Source: Scyliorhinus canicula (lineage: Eukaryota). From it: a stretch of DNA of 64,000 bases. The stretch covers positions 1 to 64,000 of the forward strand of contig NW_024056011.1 of the NCBI RefSeq assembly GCF_902713615.1, read 5' to 3'. Positions 1-10,984 of the stretch are shown piece by piece; the stretch's first letter is position 1, and each line of letters starts with the position of its first letter. The notes beneath the pieces are model-generated. The model was not told where the DNA came from. It ran no database searches and saw only the letters and a program-made list of their open reading frames with translations. Position numbers and translations under genes: made by a program.

Positions 1-877
1 GAAAATCTAGAGAGGGACAGAGACAGCTTAAGTTACTGAGTAAAAACTTGGCAGATGGAACCTAATGTAGGAAATGTGAGGTTAGCCACTTTGGGAGGAG
101 GAAGAACATAACGGAATATTATTTAGATGGAGAAAGACTGCAGGAAGCTGAAGTAACGGGGGAATTGGGGGTCCTCGTGCAGAAACCACACAAAGCAAGT
201 TCTGCAGGTAATATGGAGACAAATTTAATGTTGACATTTATTTAAAAGGGAATAGAATATAAAGATGGGGAAGTCTGGCTAAAACTATACAAGGCATTAG
301 TTAGTCTACACCTGATACAGTTTGAATAGTTTTGGTGCCCTTACCTAAGGAAGACAGATTGGTTTTGAAGGCAGTCCAGAGAAGGATCACGAGGCTGATC
401 CCGAGTATGGAGGGATTTTCTTATGGGGAGAGGTTAAGTCGGCTGGGCTGTACTTATTGGAGTTTAGAAGAATGAATGCGACCCAAGTGAGACATGAAAG
501 GTTCTCAGGGAGCTTCTTATGATAGACGCTGAGAGGTTATTTTCCCTTGTGGGAGCGTCTTGGAGCAGCGTGCAGGATCACAAAATAAGGGTTTGCCCAT
601 TTAAGACAGAAATGAGAAGGAATTTCCTCTCTCAGAGGGTAGCGAAGCTGTGGAATTATTTAACGCAGGGGGCTGTAGAGTCTGGGTTGTTCAGTATGTT
701 CAAGGTTGAGAGAGACATATTTTAAATCAGTAAAGGCATCAAGAGATATGAGGATAAGGCGGGAAAGAGGAGTTGATGATTATCACATCAGATCAGTCAT
801 GACCTCACTGAAGGCTGGACCGGTGTTGATGGGCCCAATGGCCTACATCTGCTCGTAAGTCTTGGGGTCTATGGTCT
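1..877 (+). mobile_element. CR1-clade LINE, 3' fragment (RT C-terminus and 3' UTR), degenerate; lies in the CH3-CH4 intron
   Basis: ORF 519-725 (...PFKTEMRRNFLSQRVAKLWNYL...) is the typical CR1/L3 RT C-terminus. Upstream sequence is degenerate RT and a CR1-type 3' UTR follows. Boundaries approximate. Confidence 0.8.
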
Positions 878-1091
878 CGCTCCATCTAAACCCAATATCA
901 CTGCTTTTCATTTATTGTTCATTCATCTACATATCATTTGCCCCCTGAAACTCTAAATGCCGAGAGTATTTAGTTAGTGGAATTACCAATCAGAACGGAC
1001 CATAAATACACTGAATGCTAAATACTGACCGGGGCTCTGACACTGGAAATAGACACAATTGCTCACTTATTGCTTCAGTCTCACCGCTCAC

Positions 1092-1400
1092 CTATTTTTT
1101 TGTGGATTGAAATTCTTAAAGGAGTTGGCAGGTCCTGATGGCTCGCCACACAGTCAAACACAGCCCCACTCAGCCAGGCTTGTGTCGAGATGTTTAATTT
1201 GCTGACCACGCTCTCAGTATCTGCCCCAGGCTGGTCGGCAATCTCTGATTTCAGCGGCTTCTTCGCTTCACTCCAGGACACGTTGACTCCATAAGGAGCA
1301 TTCGAAATGACGCAGGTTAAGGTTACAGTCGCCTCCAGTAAGACCTGTTCTATTGGTGGTGGCAGTATTGTTACTGAGGCATCAGTGCAAACGGAAGAAT
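1092..1400 (-). CDS. IGHM: IgM heavy chain constant exon CH3 ([16 protein letters not shown]...[10 protein letters not shown]...SWS...[22 protein letters not shown])
   Basis: Ig C1 domain with C-W-C spacing. Acceptor ...tcacag at 1403-1401, donor gtgag at 1091. 309 nt, phase 1/1. Confidence 0.93.
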
Positions 1401-1573
1401 CTGTGATTGAAAACATGAAAATTAACCCAAGTTTCAGCTTCATAATCAGGACAGCAGGATTCAGCCTTCACTCTCTAAATGGGAATAAAGCAACTTCGAA
1501 ATATCAACCTCTGAAGACCGCCTTTAATCTTCGATATACAAAAGAAACCCAGCGTGTTCTGCCAAAGCTATTA

Positions 1574-1890
1574 TAGAATCATAGATCACTACAGTGCAGA
1601 AGAGGACCATTCGGCCCATGGAGCCTGCACTGACCCTCGAAAGAGCACTCTACCTAGGACAACTCCCCCACCCTATCCATGTAGCCTCACAACCCCACCT
1701 AATCATTGGACATTCAGCGACAATTCAGCATGACCAATTCACCTAACCTGTACGTATTTGCTGTGGGAGGAAACCGAAGCAGAGGAAACCCGTGCAGAGA
1801 CGGGGAGAAGGTGTAAACTCCACACAGTCACCCGGCGTCAGTATTGAACCGGGGTCCCAGGCATTGTGAGGCCTCAGTGCTAACCATTAT
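1574..1890 (-). mobile_element. tRNA-derived SINE (shark V-SINE/HE1-like) in the CH2-CH3 intron
   Basis: Reverse-strand tRNA-like head (ggttagcact...ccggttcaat) at the right end, V-domain-like core (ggaggaaacc...gagaagg...aaactccacacag), and a CR1-like tail with (tagaatca)n at the left. Confidence 0.7.
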
Positions 1891-2348
1891 TGTGAAAGTC
1901 GTTTAGCCCCGGTATCATTTTAATGAATCAGTATTGCAGCATTCCCAATACGATTCATAATTCCCGATCTCTGGAACACAGTCTTGAACGCTAATTTATA
2001 AATAGGTTGGATGAACGTTTCAACACTTTCCCCCGGAGCTGTTACAATAAAGGATTCAAGACACCCACTGCATCTGAAATATAATCAGCTGTTTCAGAAT
2101 AAAACTGATATCAAGTCCACCTCACTCACTAAATGATTTAAAAGTAGAGGGAAACATTCTTTGCTGTTCTGATAACATCCTGAATGGTGAGCAACCCTAA
2201 TGCAGCTCTTACATCAGAATGAAAGACAAACTACATGGCAGTAAATTAGAAGTTGTTCTGTGTTTTGTACTAACTTCAGTAAATTCCTGATTTGGATTAA
2301 CAGCAGAATGCAGGATAATTTATTGTTTCCTCTGTTTGTGTCTCTTAC

Positions 2349-2660
2349 CAGATGCGGTGACGTTGTGACTTTGGATGACCTCTTGATGAGTGACCTGGCA
2401 GGTATAGACCGCTTTGCTGAACCATTCCCCAGCGGAGACTGTCAGCCGACTGTTCGCCGAGAAGTTCCCGTTCACTTCACAGGCGGGAGAGGTGACAATT
2501 CCTGAACCCATGGCTTGTCCATTCTTCAGCCACTTCACGTTAATTGAGTTTGGACGGAAATCGTTGATTGAACAGACGATGGTTGCAAATTTCTGTCTTG
2601 AGATTTCTTCATTGGAACTCACGGTGAGGAGAACATTTGGATGGATGTAATTTCCACCAC
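2349..2660 (-). CDS. IGHM: IgM heavy chain constant exon CH2 ([16 protein letters not shown]...[10 protein letters not shown]...WLKNG...[19 protein letters not shown])
   Basis: Ig C1 domain. Acceptor ...ttgaag at 2661, donor gtaag at 2348. 312 nt, phase 1/1, in frame with CH1 and CH3. Confidence 0.94.
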
Positions 2661-2864
2661 CTTCAAAAACACAAGTTAACATTTCTTGCAGAAGATCTTG
2701 TAACAAATAAAATGATTTATTATGTTTTAACTGTTTATCTGCAGTCAATATTTTTCGCCAAGAATCAGAACTATGCAGAGTACCATAAATGTATCATAAA
2801 TAACCAAAGTTGTAAATAAAATAATCAAAGCGGTTCTGTTTGTCACAGGTTCCACAATACTTAC

Positions 2865-3164
2865 ATGGCATTTCAATACTCTTGTCTGAGCCGCTGTGTC
2901 GAACCTCACAGCTGATTTTGCTGCATCCCCCCTCTGACTCGGTGATGGTTAACTGGCTGCTCAGGGTGTAGGTTCCCTTCTTGTTTCTCACTGACGGGTA
3001 TTTCTTAACTCCGTTGGTGATCATCTGCCCATCTTTCTTCCAGGTAAGACTGGTGATTTCTGGGGAGTAGTCCATCGCCAAACAGCCAACGGTTAGGGAG
3101 CCGTCGGTGTTGTGTTGCTGGCAGGAGGAGACCAGGCTGTAGAGAGTGGGCGGAGACGGTGTCG
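2865..3164 (-). CDS. IGHM: IgM heavy chain constant exon CH1 ([17 protein letters not shown]...[10 protein letters not shown]...WKKDG...[17 protein letters not shown])
   Basis: Typical elasmobranch C-mu-1. Acceptor ...ctcccag at 3165, donor gtaagt at 2864. 300 nt; the J-derived G completes the first codon (GCG). Confidence 0.95.
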
Positions 3165-3477
3165 CTGGGAGAGAATGGCCGATCCAACATGTTAGACTCT
3201 GGTATTCGTGATTTATAAGTAACCAAGCATTTCATAATTTGACTAGTACTATCCTAACATTTACCGATTTAATCATACATCCACATTGAATCTTCACTCA
3301 GGTCTATCGTTGGGATTCACCTACTTTTTGCCCCCTCTTTAGAAACCCACATTTCTTTCTCCACCTCTATCGAAAGAAACACATTTTGATGTAATCTGAA
3401 TGGTGTAACTTTCACTGGATTGAAAGAGAGGAGCAGAGCGTTTTCCCCATTATTTCAGCCACCATGTAATATAAAAT

Positions 3478-3680
3478 GTGAATGAGGCCATAGTCCCGGA
3501 GACTGCTCTCTCCTTCTGAGAGCTGGCTGATGGTGATTTAACCTGAGGGTCACCACACCTCAGGCCAGGGGCAAGGTTGAGAATGGGGGTCTTTATGAAC
3601 AACCTCAGCCGGTGCAGCAATTGAATCCGCGCTGCTGGGATTGATCTTCATCACGAACCAGCCGTCCGCTAACTGAGCTG
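3478..3680 (-). mobile_element. tRNA-derived SINE-like interspersed repeat (Pol III head at the right end)
   Basis: B-box-like GGATTCAATT (minus strand, ~3619-3628) and A-box-like AGCTCAGTTAG (~3669-3679). The body resembles a common shark repeat (recognised from memory, not searched). Confidence 0.55.
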
Positions 3681-4245
3681 TGCACGTCACAATCCAGCTC
3701 ACTGAGCTGTGTACGTCACAAACCAGCTGACTGAGCTGTGTACGTCACAATCCAGCTAACTGAGCTGTGTACGTCACAATCCAGCTAACTGAGCTGTGCA
3801 CGTCATAATTCAGCTAACTGAGCTGTGTACGTCACAATCCAGCTAACTGAGCTGTGTACGTCACAATCCACCTAACTGAGCTGTGTACGTCACAATCCAG
3901 CTAACTGAGCTGCGTACGTCGCAATCCAGCTAACTGGGCTGTGTACGTCACAATCCAGCTAACTGAGCTGTGTACGTCACAATCCAGCTAACTGAGCTGT
4001 GTACGTCGCAATCCAGCTAACTGAGCTGTGTACGTCACAATCCAGCTAACTGAGCTGTGTACGTCACAATCCAGCTAACTGGGCTGTGTACGTCACAATC
4101 CAGCTAACTGAGCTGTGTACGTCACAATCCAGCTAACTGAGCTGAGGACGTCACAATCCAGCTAACTGACCTGTGTACGTCACAATCCAGCTAACTGAGC
4201 TGAGTACGTCACAATCCAGCTAACTGACCTGTGTACGTCACAATC
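3669..4245. repeat. 29-bp tandem array (CTAACTGAGCTGTGTACGTCACAATCCAG), ~20 copies
   Basis: Near-identical units read directly; usually two AGCT per unit. Confidence 0.97.
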
Positions 4246-4624
4246 AACAGCACTTTGTGATAAAGAAGTTGTCTCTTCATTTGTATCTTTGCAGTTTTGG
4301 GAAATTCCCTTTGTTCAAACTGACTGATGCCCCCGCCTCTCTCCACCTCACTACCCCCACTCCCCAAACCAGAGAATAGTGACTTTGCTTGAAAAATACC
4401 ATCGGAACGCACATTAATATAATCACAACAAAACTCTAAATTTGAGTAAGCGCAACATTCTGTAATTTTAGGATCATGAACATGAACAGCGGGAGTCGGC
4501 CATTCTGCCCGTCGAGCCTACTACCCCATTCAATAAGATTCTGGCTGTGCTGATTGTGCTGCTAACTCCACACTCCGCCTGTCACTGAGACCGGGCTGTC
4601 TGCAATCCCCCCCCCCCCGCCCCC

Positions 4625-6565
4625 CCGCCGCGCCCCGTGCTCTCTGAGCGTTCCCCCATTTCTCTGCAGTTCCCGCTGGATCTCTGCACCATTCGCCTGC
4701 TCCCATCACTTTCTAGCAGTTCTCGGCTCTTTTCCACGGCTCTCAGCACTTTCCCTCGACTTTGCATTTTTTTCCGGCTCATTGTGTTTTTCCCATGTGC
4801 GCTGCACTTTTCCCAGTTCTTTGGGCTTTTCCCGGTTCCTGACACATTCCGCGGGCCCTTTGAGCCCTTCGCTAGCACTGTGCGCTTTACCCCGATTCTT
4901 ATCGCTTATCGCCCACTCCATGGACTTTCTACCGGTTCTCTGCGCCTTCCCTCGGTTCTCTACACTTCTCCCGGCTCTGCACCGTTCCCGGCTCCCTGCA
5001 CTTACCCCGGCTCCCTGCTCATTCACCAGGCTCTCTGCACTCCCCCTGGCTCTCTGCCCCTTCCCCCGGATCTCTGCCCCTTCCCGCGGCTCTCTGCTCC
5101 TTCCCCCGGCTCTCTGCACCATCCCCCGGCTCTCAGCACATTCCTCCGGCTCTCTGTCCCTTCCCCCGGCTCTCTACACTTCTCCCGGCTCTGCACTGTT
5201 CCCGGCTTCCTGCACTTCCCCCGGCTCCCTGCCATCCCCCGGCTCCCTGCCATCCCCCGGCTCTCAGCACTTTCCTCCAGCTCTCTGCCCCTTCCGCCGG
5301 ATCTCTGCCCATTCCCCTGGCTCTCTGCGCTTTCCCCCGGCTCTCTGCGCTTTTCCCCGGCTCTCTGCACCATTCCCCGGCTCTCTGCACATTCCTCCGG
5401 CTCTCTGTCCCTTCCCCCGGCTCTCTACACTTCTCCCGGCTCTGCACCGTTCCCGGCTCCCTGCACTTACCCCGGCTCCCTGCTCATTCCCCCGACTCTC
5501 TGCCCCTTCCCCCGGCTCTCTGCTACTTCCCCCGGCTCTCTGCGCCTTCCCCCGGCTCTCTGCACCATCCCCCGGCTCTCAGCACTTTCCTCCAGCTCTC
5601 TGCCTCTTCCCCCGGATCTCTGCCCCTTCCCCCGGCTCTCTGTGCCTTCTCCTGGCTCTCTGCGCTTTCCCCCGGCTCTCTGCCCTTCCCTCGGCTCTCT
5701 ACACTTTCCTCCCCCTGTCTACACTATCCTCCGGCTCTCTGCGCTTTCCCCCGGCTCTCTGCACCATCCCCCGGCTCTCTGCACATTCCTCCGGCTCCCT
5801 GCTCATTCCCAGGCTCTCTGCACTTCCCCTGGCTCTCTGCTCCTTCCCCCGGCTCTCCGCACTTCCCCTGGCTCTCTGCCCCTTCCCCCGGCTCTCTGCC
5901 CCTTCCCCCGGCTCTCTGCACCATCCCCCGGCTCTCAGCACTTTCCTCCAGCTCTCTGCCCCTTCCCCCGGATCTCTGCCCCATTCCCCCGGCTCTCTGT
6001 GCCTTCTCCTGGCTCTCTGCGCTTTCCCCCGGCTCTCTGCCCTTCCCTCGGCTCTCTACACTTTCCTCCCCCTGTCTACACTATCCTCCGGCTCTCTGCG
6101 CTTTCCCTCGGCTCTCTGTCCCTTCCCCCGGCTCTCTACACTTCTCCCGGCTCTGCACCGTTCCCGGCTCCCTGCACTTACCCCGGCTCCCTGCTCATTC
6201 CCCAGGCTCTCTGCACTTCCCCTGGCTCTCTGCCCCTTCCCCCGGCTCTCTGCCCCTTCCCCCGGCTCTCTGCGCCTTCCCCCGGCTCTCTGCACCATCC
6301 CCCGGCTCTCAGCACTTTCCTCCAGCTCTCTGCCCCTTCCCCCGGATCTCTGCCCCTTCCCCCGGCTCACTGTGCCTTCCCCTGGCTCTCTGCGCTTTCC
6401 CCGGCTCTCTGCCCTTCCCCCGGCTCTCTACACTTTCCTCCCCCTGTCTACACTATCCTCCGGCTCTCTGCGCTTTCCCCCGGCTCTCTACACTTTCCTC
6501 CGGCTCTCTGCACTTCCCCCCGACTCTCTGCCCCGTCCCCCGGCTCTCTGCACTTTCCTCCGTGT
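4625..6565. repeat. C/T-rich minisatellite, ~19-21-bp units (CCCCGGCTCTCTGCNCTT-like) with higher-order blocks
   Basis: Direct inspection. Purine/G-rich on the minus (IgH sense) strand. Confidence 0.93.
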
Positions 6566-9090
6566 AAGTTAGAGTGAATAGGTGAGGCTGGGTGAGTGAG
6601 GGAGGATTAGAGAGCGATGGTGGGTTAGAGGGTGAGTGAGTCAATGTTGCCCAATTAGGGTGGGAGATGGTATTTGAGTGAGGAGGAGCGAGAATGTGTA
6701 AGTGAGGGTGGGTTACTGAATGAGGGTATGTGGGAATGAGTGAGGGTGGGTGAGTGAATAGGGGTAGGCGAGCGAGTGGGAGTGGGTGAGGGTGTGTGAT
6801 TGAGGGTTACGAGTTAGGTTGGGCATGTAAGAACGAGTCAATGAGGGTGAGTGAGTGATGTTGAATGCGGATGGGTGAGTGAGTGTGTGTGAGGGCGTGT
6901 GAGTGAGGGTAGGATAGTGAGGGAGTGTGTGTGAGGGTGTGTGAGTGAGAGTGTGTCAGGCTGGGTGAGTGTGTGTGTGTCAAGGAGGGTGGGTGAGTGA
7001 GAGTGTGTCAGGGAGAGTGGGTGAGTGAGAGTGTGTCAGGGAGGGTGGGTGAGTGTGTCAGGGAGGGTTGGTGAGTGAGAGTATGTCAAGGAGGGTGGGT
7101 GAGTAAGAGTGTGTCAAGGAGGGTGGGTGAGTGATAGTGTGTCAGGGAGGGTGGGTGAGTGAGGGCAGGTGAGTGAGTGAAGGTGAGTGTGGGTGAGGTA
7201 GTGAGTGAGCGTGAGACCCTGAATGAGGGTTAGTGAGGATAAGTAGGTGTTTGAAAATGAGTGAGTGAGGGTGTGTTACTGAATGAAGGTGTGTGAGGGC
7301 GGGTGAGTGAGGGTATGTGAGGGTTTGGGAGTGAGTTTGGGTGGTTTACTGAATGAGGGTGTGTGAGGGCGGGCGAGTGAGGGTGTGTGAGGTTTGGGGA
7401 GTGAGTTTGCGTGGTTTACTGAATTAGGGTGTGTGAGGGTGGGGGAGTGAGTGTGGGTGGGTGACTGAGTGAGGGTGAGAGACAGAATGAGGGTGGGTGA
7501 GGATGAGTGAGGATGGGTAGGTGTTTGAGGATGAGTGACTGAGAATGCGTGAGTGAAGGTGAACAAGTTAGGTTGGGCGTGAAAGGGTGAGTCAGTGAGG
7601 GTGGGTGTTGCTGAATGAGGATGGGTGAGTCTGTGTGAAGGTGTGACAGTGAGGGTGAGTGAGTGAGAGTGTGTCAGAGAGGGTGGGTGTGTGAGAGTGT
7701 GTCAGGGAGGGTGGGTGTGTGAGAGTGTGTCAGGGAGGGTAGGTGTGTGAGAGTGTGTCAGAGAGGGTGGGTGTATGAGAGTGTGTCAGGGAGGGTGGGT
7801 GTGTGAGAGTGTGTCAGGGAGGGTGGGTGTGTGAGAGTGTGTCAGGGAGGGTAGGTGTGTGAGAGTGTGTCAGAGAGGGTGGGTGTGTGAGAGTGTGTCA
7901 GGGAGGGTGGGTGTGTGAGAGTGTGTCAGGGAAGGTGGGTGAGTGAGAGTGTGTCAGGGAGGGTGGGTGAGTGAGAGTGTGTCAGGGAGGGTGGGTGAGT
8001 GAGAGTGTGTCAGGGAGGGTGGGTGTGTGAGAGCGTGTCAGGAGGGTGGGTGAGTGTGTGTGTGTCAGGGAGGGTGAGTGAGTGAGAGTGGGTCAGGGAG
8101 GGTGGGTGAGTGAGAGTGTGTCAGGGAGGGTGGGTGAGTGAGAGTGTGTCAGGGAGTGTGGGTGAGTGAGAGTGTGTCAGGGAGGGTGGGTGAGTGAGAG
8201 TGTGTCAGGGAGGGTGGGTGAGTGAGAGTGTGTCAGGGAGGGTGGGTGAGTGAGAGTGTGTCAGGGAGGGCGGGTGAGTGTGTGTGTGTCAGGGAGGGTG
8301 GGTGAGTGAGAGTGTGTCAGGGAGGGTGGGTGTGTGAGAGTGTGTCAGGGAGGGTGGGTGAGTGTGTGTGTGTCAGGGAGGGTGGGTGAGTGAGAGTGTG
8401 TCAGGGAGGGTGGGTGAGTGAGAGTGTGTCAGGGAGGATGGGTCAGTGAGAGTGTGTCAGGGAGGGTGGGTGAGTGTGTGTGTGTCAGGGAGGGTGGGTG
8501 AGTGAGAGTGTGTCACCGAGTGTGGGTGAGTGAGAGTGTGTCAGGGAGTGTGGGTGAATGTGTGTGTGTCAGGGAGGGTGGGTGAGTGTGAGTGTGTCAG
8601 GGAGGGTGGGTGAGTGAGAGTGTGTCAGGGAGGATGGGTCAGTGAGAGTGTGTCAGGGAGGGTGGGTGAGTGTGTGTGTGTCAGGGAGGGTGGGTGAGTG
8701 AGAGTGTGTCACCGAGTGTGGGTGAGTGAGAGTGTGTCAGGGAGGGTGGGTGAGTGAGAGTGTGTCAGGGAGTGTGGGTGAATGTGTGTGTGTCAGGGAG
8801 GGTGGGTGAGTGTGAGTGTGTCAGGGAGGGTGCGTGAGTGAGCGTGGGTGATTGAGAATGTGTCAGGCAGGGTGGGTGAGTGAGGATGAGTGAGTGACCG
8901 TGGGTGAGAGGGTGGGTGTGAGGGTGGTTAAGGAAAGGTTTATCATTGAGGATGGGTGCGTGAGGGTCAATGAGTGATGGCGAGTGAGTGTAAGTGAATG
9001 AGTGAAGACAGGTGAGGGTAAGTGAATCAGTGAAGATAGGTGAGTGAGGGCGAGTGAGTGAGTGAGTGAGTGACCGTGAGTGATAATTCC
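6566..9090. repeat. G/T-rich low-complexity region with a 28-bp core array (GGGAGGGTGGGTGAGTGAGAGTGTGTCA) at ~7660-8830
   Basis: Direct inspection. Confidence 0.93.
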
Positions 9091-9267
9091 CAGGTGCTCC
9101 CAGCCCATTAGGACGATGTTTCTCTGGATGAGTTTCCGCTCAGGCTCAGCTTCCTGTTGCCTGTTGTCCACAGCCGAGCTGGGGGCTCTTCCATTCGGCT
9201 CCACCACCCCCACCTCCTCCTCTTCCTCTCCATCGATCCTGTCCTGATTCTCCACATTGATCAACTT

Positions 9268-9588
9268 TCAGTAACCCCGGCTGTGTAAAGTCAGACAGCA
9301 GTGTAGATCACTGGGCAGCTGCTTTAATACTTTCAGTAACACCGGCTGTGTACAGTCAGACAGCAGTGTAGATCACTGGGCAGCTGCTTTAATACTGTCA
9401 GTAACACCGGCTGTGTAAAGTCAGACAGCAGTGTAGATCACTGGGCAGCTGCTTTAATACTGTCAGTAACACCGGCTGTGTAAAGTCAGACAGCAGTGTA
9501 GATCACTGGGCAGCTGCTTTAATACTGTCAGTAACACCGGCTGTGTAAAGTCAGACAGCAGTGTAGATCACTGGGCAGCTGCATTAAT
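9268..9588. repeat. 65-bp tandem repeat, ~5 copies
   Basis: GTGTAGATCA recurs at 9301, 9366, 9431, 9496 and 9561 (period 65). Confidence 0.96.
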
Positions 9589-9744
9589 GCCGATGCAATT
9601 TCATTTTCCACAAAACAATTTAGAACTGGGACAATGATCATTCCTGCAACTTAACGGATTTTCATTTTGCAAATGGGATTTTTCTGCCTGTTAAAGTCTT
9701 GTATTGTCTCACGGACAGTGTGTTGAGTTTATTCATTCTTGTGA

Positions 9745-10600
9745 TGTCGGCGTCTCTGGCTGGGCCAGCATTTATTTTCTATCCCTCATTGCCTTTGAGA
9801 AGGTGGTGAGCTTCCTTCTTTAACCAGTGCAGTCCATGTGGGGTTTCCCCGAGTCAGTTCCATGGTTTTGAACCAGCGGCAGTGAAGGAACGGGGATGTA
9901 TTTTATAGTCATGATGCTGAGTGACTTGGAGTTGAGCTTCCAGTTGGCGGTGTTCCCATGTGTCTGCTGTCCTTGTCCAGATGGCCGCTGCCATGGGTTT
10001 GGAAGGTGCTGCCTTAGGAGACATGATGAGCTTCTGCAGCGGATCTTTAGATGGTGGACAGGCTTTGGGGAGTCAGGAGATGAGTTTTTCACCGCAGGAC
10101 TCCTCACCGTTGATCTGTTCTTCTGGCCTCAAAATTTATATGACTCGTCCAGATCACTTTCTGGTCCATGGTAACCTCCAGGAATTCAATGATGGTAATG
10201 CTATTGAATGTCAATGGGCGGTGGTTAGATCCGTTCTTACTGGAGATGGGCATTGCCTTCGATTGGGTGACTTGACTGTTACTTACCACTTGTCAGCCAG
10301 AACCTGAGGTAGTCTCCATGTTGCTTTATTTACACATAGATTTATTCAGTGACTGCACAGTTGCAAATTGTGCTGCGCTTGGTGCAATCATCTGAGAACA
10401 ATCCCAGTTCAGACATTATGATGAAAAGGTCATTGATGAATAAGCTGAAGATGGTTTGTCCGAGGACACTGCCCTGAAGAAGTCTCGCAGTGATGTCCTG
10501 GAATTGAGATGATTAACCTCCAGCAATGGAATCCATCTACCTTGGTGCTGGTTATGACTCCAACCAGCGGAGATTGTTCTCCTGATTCCCATCCATTCAT
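9745..10600. mobile_element. Degenerate shark interspersed-repeat and CR1/L2-like LINE fragments
   Basis: Segments resemble common shark LINE-related repeats; no intact ORF. Family not assigned. Confidence 0.4.
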
Positions 10601-10627
10601 TCTTTGGTTGGGCTCCCCGAGGCCACA

Positions 10628-10950
10628 CGTTTAAATGATGCCGTGATTTGGCGGCACTGTAGCACAGTGGTTAGCACTGTCGCTTCACAGCACCAGGGAT
10701 CCGGGCTCGATTCCCACTTGGGTCATTGCCTGTGTGGAGTCTGCAGGTTCTCCGCGTGTCTACGTGGGTTTCCTCCGGGTGCTCCGGTTTCCTCCCACAA
10801 GTCCCGAAAGACGTCCTGTAAGGTGGTTTGAATATTCTGAATTCTTCCTCTGTGTACCCGAACAGATGCCAGAGTGTGGCGAAAATGGGATTTTCACAGT
10901 ACCTTCATTGCAGTGTTAATGTGAGCCCACTTGTGACAATAATAAAGATT
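10628..10950 (+). mobile_element. V-SINE (HE1-like)
   Basis: tRNA head (gcacagtggttagcact...ggctcgattccc), V-domain (ggttctccgcgtgtc...gggtttcctccgggtgctccggtttcctcccaca), 3' tail ending ...gacaataataaa. Confidence 0.8.
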
Positions 10951-10984
10951 ATTATTTTTATTATTGATGTGAGATTCAGTCGCT

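Noticed and set aside
4637-6577. 646-aa and 596-aa Pro/Leu/Ser-rich ORFs
   Set aside because: These are translations of a stop-poor minisatellite, open in several frames, with no domain or splice context.
9268-9588. CRISPR-like appearance of the 65-bp, 85/87-bp and 29-bp arrays
   Set aside because: The units are wholly repeated with no unique spacers, there are no cas genes, and the context is eukaryotic.
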